The notes beneath the pieces are model-generated. The model searched no databases, was not told where the DNA came from, and saw only the letters and a program-made list of their open reading frames with translations. 40,000 bases of DNA from Sphingomonadales bacterium (GTDB lineage: Bacteria; Pseudomonadota; Alphaproteobacteria; SMXS01), in the NCBI GenBank assembly GCA_050185585.1, contig JBFWZH010000001.1, positions 261,003-301,002 on the forward strand, in the 5' to 3' direction. Shown piece by piece: positions 19,346 to 25,494 of the stretch. Positions within the stretch are counted from its first letter, which is position 1; each line of letters opens with the position of its first letter. Made by a program: the position numbers and the translations under genes.

Positions 19346-19420
19346 TGGAGCGGGCGATGAGATTCGAACTCACGACCCCAACCTTGGCAAGGTTGTGCTC
19401 TACCCCTGAGCTACGCCCGC
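19346..19420 (-). tRNA. tRNA-Gly (anticodon GCC)
   Basis: The reverse complement reads GCGGGCG-TA-GCTC-AGGGGTA-GAGC-A-CAACC-TTGCCAA-GGTTG-GGGTC-GTGAG-TTCGAAT-CTCAT-CGCCCGC-T-CCA. This is a full 75-nt cloverleaf with GCC in the anticodon loop, a TTCGAAT T-loop and an encoded CCA. Confidence 0.95.
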
Positions 19421-19667
19421 GCTCCGTCCGCATCCTGGGGCATCGCCCCGGTGCAGGCGGCGGATATTACGCATTGGCTTGGGCTTTGCAACACCAATCT
19501 TGCCGGAGAAATCATTGGCGCGTGCGGGGCTTCCCGAGGCGGCAAACCTTGACGGAACGCTTAATTTCACCACCTGATTGTGCTAGGTCACCGCCAGCGC
19601 GATCACCGGCCGGCGGTGCCCGATCTGGTCCTGACAATCCCGGCCCACAACGAACCGGAAGGCAAGC

Positions 19668-20561
19668 ATGAGCACGTTGCAGGCGCCGCAAGGCGAGCTG
19701 ATCAAGGATTCGGACACCGCCCATTTCATGGCCGACGTCATCGAGGCGTCGCGCGCGGTGCCGGTGATCGTCGACTTCTGGGCGCCGTGGTGCGGCCCAT
19801 GCAAGCAGCTCACGCCGATCATCGAGAAGGTGGTCACCGCCGCCAACGGCCGCGTCCGGCTGGTGAAGGTCAATGTCGACGAGAACCAGCAGCTGGCTGC
19901 CCAGCTGCGCGTGCAGTCGATTCCCGCCGTGTTCGCGTTCTTCAACGGCCAGCCGGTCGACGGCTTCATGGGCGCGCTGCCGGAGAGCCAGGTGAAGCAG
20001 TTCGTCGACCGCCTGTCGGGCATGGGCGGGCCCGGGCCCATCGAGGAGATGATCGCGGCCGGGGGCGAGGCGCTGGAAGCGGGCGATTTCCAGAGCGCCG
20101 AGGCGATCTTCACCGAGGTGCTGGCGGCCGAGCCGGAAAACCTGGCCGCCTTCTCGGGCATCATCCAGGGCCGGCTGAAGTCCGGCGACATCGACGCGGC
20201 CAGGCAGATGTTCGCCTCGCTCGACGACGAGACCCAGGCGAAGAAGGAATTCGCCGGCGTGCGCGCCACGCTGCAGCTGGCCGAGCAGACGGGCGATGCG
20301 GGCGACGTGGCCGAGCTCAGGGCGAAGGTCGAGGCGGATCCCGCCGACAGCCAGGCCCGCTTCGACCTGGCGCTGGCGCTGTCCGCCGCCGGACGCAACG
20401 AGGAGGCGGCGAAGGAGCTGCTGCATATCGTCCGGCACGACAGGGCATGGAACGACGACGGTGCGCGCAAGCAGCTCGTCACCCTGTTCGACGCGTGGGG
20501 GCCGACCAGCCCGCTCACGGTGCAGACCCGCAAGTCGCTGTCGTCGCTGCTGTTCTCATGA
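19668..20561 (+). CDS. Thioredoxin-domain / TPR co-chaperone (YbbN/CnoX-like)
   Basis: N-terminal thioredoxin fold with WAPWCGPCKQL, followed by a TPR-like helical C-terminal half. ATG at 19668 with GGAAGG upstream. Confidence 0.85.
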   Translation: MSTLQAPQGELIKDSDTAHFMADVIEASRAVPVIVDFWAPWCGPCKQLTPIIEKVVTAANGRVRLVKVNVDENQQLAAQLRVQSIPAVFAFFNGQPVDGFMGALPESQVKQFVDRLSGMGGPGPIEEMIAAGGEALEAGDFQSAEAIFTEVLAAEPENLAAFSGIIQGRLKSGDIDAARQMFASLDDETQAKKEFAGVRATLQLAEQTGDAGDVAELRAKVEADPADSQARFDLALALSAAGRNEEAAKELLHIVRHDRAWNDDGARKQLVTLFDAWGPTSPLTVQTRKSLSSLLFS

Positions 20562-21205
20562 TGCGCGACTGGACCAGGCTGCCCAGCACCCTGCCGGTGT
20601 TTCCGCTGACCGGGGCGCTGCTGCTGCCGCGGGGCGCCCTGCCGCTCAACATCTTCGAGCCGCGCTACCGCGCCATGGTCGAGGATGTCATCAGGGGAAA
20701 GCGGGTCATCGGCATGGTCCAGCCCAAGGTCCACGAATCCGAGACCGCCGAGCCGCCGGTCTACGACATCGGCTGCGCCGGGCGGCTCACCGCCTTCCAG
20801 GAACTGGAGGACGGCCGCTACATCATCACCCTCACCGGCATCCGGCGCTTCAGGATCGCCGAGGAGATGGCGCGCACCACGCCCTACCGGCAGTTCCGGG
20901 TCGACTATGCCGACTACATGCAGGACTTCGAGCCCGAGACCGCCGGCACCGCCGACCGGGACTATTTCCTCAGGCTCATCCGCCAGTACGTCGACATCCA
21001 GGGCTACAACGTGGACTGGGACGTGATCGAGAACACCGACACCGAGACCCTGATCCACGCGTCGTCGACCCTGGCGCCGTGGGAGCCTAGCGAGAAGCAG
21101 GCCCTGCTCGAGGCGCGCGACATCGACCACCGTTACCAGACGCTGATCGCGCTCTACGAAATGGCGATCGCCCAGGCGCACGGCGCCGGCGGTTCGCTGC
21201 AATAA
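20558..21205 (+). CDS. LON peptidase substrate-binding (N-terminal) domain protein
   Basis: Start at ATG 20558, overlapping the thioredoxin stop (ATGA). [30 protein letters not shown] is the Lon N-domain signature. Only the last third of the 541-aa track ORF is considered real. Confidence 0.8.
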   Translation: MMRDWTRLPSTLPVFPLTGALLLPRGALPLNIFEPRYRAMVEDVIRGKRVIGMVQPKVHESETAEPPVYDIGCAGRLTAFQELEDGRYIITLTGIRRFRIAEEMARTTPYRQFRVDYADYMQDFEPETAGTADRDYFLRLIRQYVDIQGYNVDWDVIENTDTETLIHASSTLAPWEPSEKQALLEARDIDHRYQTLIALYEMAIAQAHGAGGSLQ

Positions 21206-21219
21206 CGGGAAATCCGGCC

Positions 21220-21408
21220 ATGCCTTCGTCCAACGACGTCGATCCCAAGCTGCTCGAGATCCTGGTGTGCCCGCTGACCAAGGGTCCGCTGGAATACGAC
21301 CGGCAGGCGCAGGAGCTGATCAGCCGCCAGGCCGGCCTGGCGTTCCCGATCCGCGATGGCATTCCGATCATGCTGGTCGACGAGGCGCGCAGCCTCGACG
21401 GCAAGTGA
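21220..21408 (+). CDS. Trm112-family small protein (UPF0434/YcaR-like)
   Basis: 62 aa. [16 protein letters not shown]...[18 protein letters not shown] matches the Trm112 family. Confidence 0.85.
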   Translation: MPSSNDVDPKLLEILVCPLTKGPLEYDRQAQELISRQAGLAFPIRDGIPIMLVDEARSLDGK

Positions 21409-21421
21409 CCGGCAAGCCGGC

Positions 21422-21781
21422 ATGAGCACGGGGCCGTGGCCGGCCGATCTCCGCTTCAACCAGGCGGAGAGGCTGCTGGAAATCGACTTCGACGACGGCA
21501 GCCGGTTCCGCCTGTCCTATGAGCTGCTGCGGGTGGAAAGCCCGTCGGCAGAGGTGCAGGGTCACGGGCCCGACCAGAAGACCATCGTGCCGGGCAAGCG
21601 GAACGTGTCGGTCACTGGCGTCGTCCCCACCGGCAACTATGCCGTCCGCATCCAGTTCGACGACGGCCATGACACCGGCATCTACAGCTGGGATTACCTG
21701 TACGAGCTCGGCCGCAAGCAGGACGAGCTGTGGACGAAATATCTCCAGGCGCTGGACTGGAAGGGGCTGGGAAGGGACTGA
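21422..21781 (+). CDS. DUF971-family protein
   Basis: 119 aa from ATG 21422. LEIDFDDGSRFRLSYELLRVESPSAE...GNYAVRIQFDDGHDTGIYSWDYLYELG is typical DUF971. Confidence 0.75.
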   Translation: MSTGPWPADLRFNQAERLLEIDFDDGSRFRLSYELLRVESPSAEVQGHGPDQKTIVPGKRNVSVTGVVPTGNYAVRIQFDDGHDTGIYSWDYLYELGRKQDELWTKYLQALDWKGLGRD

Positions 21782-21806
21782 ACGGCGTCCCTTCCGCGCC
21801 CCGGTC

Positions 21807-22850
21807 TTACCGCTTCAGCAGCAGCTCGGCGATCTGCACCGCGTTGAGGGCGGCGCCCTTCAACAGCTGGTCGCCGGCGGCGAACAGGGCAAGGGTCCGG
21901 CCCGAAGGATCGGCGGTGTCGGCGCGGATGCGGCCCACCAGCACGTCGTCCTGGCCCGAAGCCTCGGACGGCATGGGGAAGTGGTTGGCGGCCCGGTCGT
22001 CCACCAGCTTCAGGCCCTGGCCGTCCCGAAGCAGGTCGCGGGCCTCCTCGGGCGTCACCTCGTCGTCGAACTCGACGCTGATCGACATGGCGTGGGCGCG
22101 CAGCACGGGCACCCGGATGCAGGTGATGCCGATCGGCAGATCATCCGCGCCCAGGATGCGGCGGGTCTCGGCGACCACCTTCAGCTCCTCGCCGTTGTAG
22201 CCGTTCTGCGGGTCCACGTCGGCGTTGTGGCTGAACAGGTTGAAGGCATAGGGATGCGGCAGCACCTTGGGCTCGAAGCTCTCGCCGCGCAAATAGGAGG
22301 CGGTCGACTCGCGCAGCTCCTCCATGGCGGCTGCGCCGGCGCCCGAGGCGGCCTGGTAGGTGGTCAGCCGCAGGCGGCGGATCGGATGCGCCTTGTGCAG
22401 CGGCGCCAGCGCCACGGTGGCGATGGCGGCGACGCAGTTGGGATTGGCGACGATGCCGTTGTGGCGGGCGATCATGTCGCCATTCACCTCGGGCACCACC
22501 AAAGGTACGTCCGGGTCCATGCGGAAGGCCGACGAGTTGTCGACCATGATGGCGCCGGCGCCCACGGCGTGCGGCGCATGGCGGCGCGAGATGGTGGCGC
22601 CGGCCGAGAACAGCGCGACGTCGACACCCTCGAAGCTGCGCTCGGTCAGTTCCTCGATGGTCACGTCCCTGCCCTGGAACGGCAGCACCTTGCCGGCCGA
22701 GCGGGCCGAAGCCAGGAGCTTCAGGCCGCCGACGGGGAAGCCGCGGCTTGCCAGGCAGTGGATGAGCTCGACGCCGACGGCGCCGGTCGCGCCGACGATT
22801 GCCACGACGGGCGCGTTGGAATTGATCTGACGGGGGGAGCTGGTCTGCAT
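21807..22850 (-). CDS. asd: Aspartate-semialdehyde dehydrogenase
   Basis: 347 aa from ATG 22850 (AAGGAAGAG upstream). NAD(P)-binding motif VAIVGATGAVG, active-site region ANPNCV, and C-terminal DQLLKGAALNAVQIAE. The N-terminal extension in the track is His/Arg-rich with no recognisable motifs. Confidence 0.9.
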   Translation of the reverse strand: MQTSSPRQINSNAPVVAIVGATGAVGVELIHCLASRGFPVGGLKLLASARSAGKVLPFQGRDVTIEELTERSFEGVDVALFSAGATISRRHAPHAVGAGAIMVDNSSAFRMDPDVPLVVPEVNGDMIARHNGIVANPNCVAAIATVALAPLHKAHPIRRLRLTTYQAASGAGAAAMEELRESTASYLRGESFEPKVLPHPYAFNLFSHNADVDPQNGYNGEELKVVAETRRILGADDLPIGITCIRVPVLRAHAMSISVEFDDEVTPEEARDLLRDGQGLKLVDDRAANHFPMPSEASGQDDVLVGRIRADTADPSGRTLALFAAGDQLLKGAALNAVQIAELLLKR

Positions 22851-23082
22851 GATCGTCTCTTCCTTTGTTGGGGGAGAGACAGGGTCGGCGTGAGCGTGTC
22901 CCCGTCTCCGGGGCTTCCGCTGAAATGCCGCTCTTAACCCGCGCGCACCAGCGAACGCCCCGCCGAAGCGGTCGTTTTCGTCGTGGTGGTGGTCGTGGTC
23001 ATGGACATGGGGCGCACGTCTAACATGGGCGCGCCGGCATGGCAACCTGCGCCTGCCGCATGGCTCCCGGCCGGTATCGGGC

Positions 23083-23116
23083 AAAAAATAGGGCCGCCCT
23101 CTTTCGAGGGCGGCCC
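23083..23116 (-). terminator. Rho-independent terminator of the hsp20 gene
   Basis: Perfect 11-bp stem GGGCCGCCCTC / GAGGGCGGCCC (23091-23101 and 23106-23116) with a 4-nt loop. It is followed on the minus strand by TATTTTTTG. Confidence 0.85.
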
Positions 23117-23138
23117 AGTCACAGGCAAAGAAACGTGA

Positions 23139-23615
23139 TCAGGCGGTCGCGTGGTCGATGACCTTCGCGCCCGTGCCGTTGATGGGGATCTGGCGCGGCT
23201 TGCGCTCCTCGGGAACCTCGCGGACGAGGCTGACATGCAGCAGGCCGTTCTCGAGCGAGGCGCCGGTGACCTTAATGGTGTCGGCGAGGTGGAAGCGGCG
23301 CTCGAAGGCGCGCTTGGCGATGCCGCGGTGCAGGTAGACCGGCTGGTTCGCCTCGGTCTCACCCTCGGCCGGCTCGGTCTTCTGGGCGCGGCCCGAGATC
23401 ACGAGCACATCGTCCTTCACCGTCACGTCGAGTTCCTCGTCGGTGAAGCCGGCGACAGCCATGGTCACGCGGTAGTCGTCGTTGCCGGTCTTCTCGATGT
23501 CGTAGGGAGGATAGCCGCCGTCGCCGTTGAAGCGGGTGGCGTTGTCGAGCATGCGGACCAGATTGTCGAAGCCCACGGCCGAACGCATCAGGGGGTTGGT
23601 GTCGAATACACGCAT
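23139..23615 (-). CDS. Small heat-shock protein, Hsp20/alpha-crystallin family (IbpA-like)
   Basis: 158 aa from ATG 23615 (GGAGAG upstream). GGYPPYDIEKTGNDDYRVTMAVAGF...LHRGIAKRAFERRFHLAD...GASLENGLLHVSL is a typical IbpA/HspA-like alpha-crystallin domain. Confidence 0.9.
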   Translation of the reverse strand: MRVFDTNPLMRSAVGFDNLVRMLDNATRFNGDGGYPPYDIEKTGNDDYRVTMAVAGFTDEELDVTVKDDVLVISGRAQKTEPAEGETEANQPVYLHRGIAKRAFERRFHLADTIKVTGASLENGLLHVSLVREVPEERKPRQIPINGTGAKVIDHATA

Positions 23616-23706
23616 CTTACTCTCCGTTGAGCAATAAGGGTTCTGGTGGCCCACCATCCGGTCGGGCCGGTTTTCGCGTCGCCGGGCCCGTCAGCGGCGC
23701 CCGACG
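23616..23706 (-). promoter_or_regulatory. Candidate ROSE-like RNA thermometer in the hsp20 5' leader
   Basis: The leader is about 90 nt, measured from the predicted sigma-32 promoter. Its last hairpin, CUUAUUGCUC-AAC-GGAGAGUAAG, pairs the SD and the bases before the AUG with a segment containing the UUGCU motif known from ROSE elements. The fold was judged by eye only. Confidence 0.4.
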
Positions 23707-23713
23707 TTTGGAC

Positions 23714-23741
23714 ATTTGGGGAAGGTTTCGGGGCGTTCAAG
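23714..23741 (-). promoter_or_regulatory. Sigma-32 (RpoH)-type heat-shock promoter for hsp20
   Basis: The minus strand reads CCTCTTGAA-N14-CCCCAAAT. The consensus is CTTGAA-N13-15-CCCCATNT. Confidence 0.55.
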
Positions 23742-23824
23742 AGGGGTGTCGGGAGATTTTCGGGCCGTGCGCGAGATTCCCAGGGCACCTTAGTGCGCTG
23801 TTATCATTCTCATATCCTCATTCC

Positions 23825-23947
23825 TTGCGAGGAGCCCTTCGACGCCGCCTGCGGCGGCGCTCTGGACAGGCTACGCGGCGCGGCAACCCAGGGCGTCGTG
23901 AAGCTGCGCCATCGCCTGGGTTGCATCGCGGCTTCGCCTCCTCGCAA
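23825..23947. repeat. Structured palindromic intergenic element (REP-like), copy 1
   Basis: Terminal inverted arms TTGCGAGGAG (23825-23834) and CTCCTCGCAA (23938-23947), with an inner stem CAACCCAGG...CCTGGGTTG. It contains a 36-bp core (23835-23870) that recurs at 25404-25439 with 3 mismatches. Confidence 0.6.
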
Positions 23948-23970
23948 TAACGGAGAAGTTGACGAGGGCT

Positions 23971-25323
23971 TCACTCCGCTTCGTCGAGCAGGTTCTTGAA
24001 CACCTTGCCCTCCTTCTCGAACTCGCGCTGGATGCCTTTCACCGCGTCGTCGATGCCGATGGCGAGTTCGCCCCTCGCGATCGCCTTGATCGCCGCGAAC
24101 TGCACCACGTTGACGATGTTGCCCCCCGACAGCTCGAATCGGGCAAGGGCGCAGGCGAGGTCCTCGCGGCCCTTGCGGTCGGGCAGGGCGCGGCGCCAGA
24201 TGTCGCGGCGCTCGTCCTCGGCGGGGAAGGGGAAGCGGATGATGGCGTTGAACCGGCGCAGGAACGCGTCATCCATGTTGGCGCGGAAATTGGTCGCCAG
24301 GATCACCAGCCCGTCGAAATCCTCCACCCGCTGCAGCAGGTAGCTGACCTCCTGGTTGGCATAGCGGTCATGGGCGTCCTTGACGCTGGTGCGCTTGCCG
24401 AACAGGGCGTCGGCCTCGTCGAAGAACAGGATCCAGTCGCGGTTGCGGGCCTGGTCGAACAGGGCCGCCAGGTTCTTCTCGGTCTCGCCGATATATTTCG
24501 AGACCACCGTCGACAGGTCGACCCGATAGACATCGCGCCCGGTTGTTTTGCCGAGGAGCGTGGCGGTCAGGGTCTTGCCGGTGCCGGGCGGACCGTGGAA
24601 CAGGGCGCGGTAGCCTGGACGCAGCCGGCCTTCCATGCCCCACTCCTGCATCAGCGTGCGGCCGTGCGCGACCCAGTTCTCCAGCTCGGCGATGCGCTCG
24701 CGTGTGTCGGCCTCGAGCACCAGGTCCTCCCAGCCCAGCGCGGTCGTGATGCGCCGGGCAGGAAAGGCGGCACTGAACGCCGGGGCCTGGGCGGTGCCAA
24801 GCGTGAAGCGCTCGATCCAGTCGCGGGCCATGACGATACGGCCAGACAGCAGCGGTGCTCCGCCTTGCGGCGCCTCCAGTCGCAGCACGCCATCGGTGGC
24901 GAACCAGTGGTCGGGCGAGAACAGACGCTGCACCTCGAAGCGGCCGTCCAGGTCGTCGCCGGCCAGCAGGAAGGCGGCGGTCTCGCCGGTGGGCAGGAAG
25001 GTGCGGCTGCCGTCGTCGCGGATGCCGCCGATCTCCGGGAAATCGCCCTCGCGCGCCAGCGCCGCGCGGATCTCGGTGTCGAGCAGGGTCGGCCGCACAT
25101 GGGGCGCCAGCGCCAGCAGCAGCATCACATATTCGTCGAACGGCGGCTGGCGCTCGCGGATGAAATCGCCCAGCCGCGAGCCGTCGTCGAAGAACGCCAG
25201 CCTGATCTCGCCGTTTTCGGCAAGCTCTCCACCGGTGATGCGCGCCCGGACCAGCCGCGCGAGCACGCCCAGCGCCGCGTCCAGATTGTCGGCATTGGAG
25301 GGAATGGGCAGTTCGCGGTTCAT
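23971..25323 (-). CDS. AAA+ ATPase, eCIS-associated type (Afp15/Pvc15-like position)
   Basis: Walker A GPPGTGKT, Walker B ILFFDEADALF, sensor ATN, and an N-terminal non-ATPase domain of about 250 aa. Start chosen at ATG 25323 (GAGAGG upstream), because the track start at 25383 lies inside a palindromic repeat. Confidence 0.8.
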   Translation of the reverse strand: MNRELPIPSNADNLDAALGVLARLVRARITGGELAENGEIRLAFFDDGSRLGDFIRERQPPFDEYVMLLLALAPHVRPTLLDTEIRAALAREGDFPEIGGIRDDGSRTFLPTGETAAFLLAGDDLDGRFEVQRLFSPDHWFATDGVLRLEAPQGGAPLLSGRIVMARDWIERFTLGTAQAPAFSAAFPARRITTALGWEDLVLEADTRERIAELENWVAHGRTLMQEWGMEGRLRPGYRALFHGPPGTGKTLTATLLGKTTGRDVYRVDLSTVVSKYIGETEKNLAALFDQARNRDWILFFDEADALFGKRTSVKDAHDRYANQEVSYLLQRVEDFDGLVILATNFRANMDDAFLRRFNAIIRFPFPAEDERRDIWRRALPDRKGREDLACALARFELSGGNIVNVVQFAAIKAIARGELAIGIDDAVKGIQREFEKEGKVFKNLLDEAE

Positions 25324-25359
25324 CGGTTGCCTCTCGATGCAGCGCAAAAGCTCCTCCGT

Positions 25360-25458
25360 GTCCCTGAGCCTGTCGAAGGGCATTGCAGCGCTCGTGCAAT
25401 GCCCCCTTCGACGCCGCCTGCGGCGTCGCTCAGGACGGGCTTCGACAGGCTCGGGGAC
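25360..25458. repeat. Structured palindromic intergenic element (REP-like), copy 2
   Basis: Outer inverted arms GTCCCTGAGCCTGTCGAAG (25360-25378) and CTTCGACAGGCTCGGGGAC (25440-25458), with one mismatch. Inner hairpins are GAAGGGCATTGC/GCAATGCCCCCTTC and GACGCCGC/GCGGCGTC. It shares the 36-bp core with copy 1. Confidence 0.65.
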
Positions 25459-25494
25459 ACGGTGACGATTGAGTCTGGCATTATCTTCCCCTCC

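Noticed and set aside
19238-19667. tRNA-Gly as the attachment site of a genomic island or prophage
   Set aside because: No integrase, excisionase or transposase is present, and I found no direct repeat of the tRNA 3' end within the window. The flanking genes on the plus side are conserved housekeeping genes. The eCIS locus starts 4.5 kb away with asd and hsp20 in between.
19580-21205. 541-aa plus ORF and 539-aa minus ORF covering the thioredoxin/LON-domain region
   Set aside because: Only the last 215 codons or so of the plus ORF (from ATG 20558) carry the Lon N-domain signature. The upstream part is an alternative frame of the thioredoxin gene. The minus ORF is antisense with no recognisable motifs.
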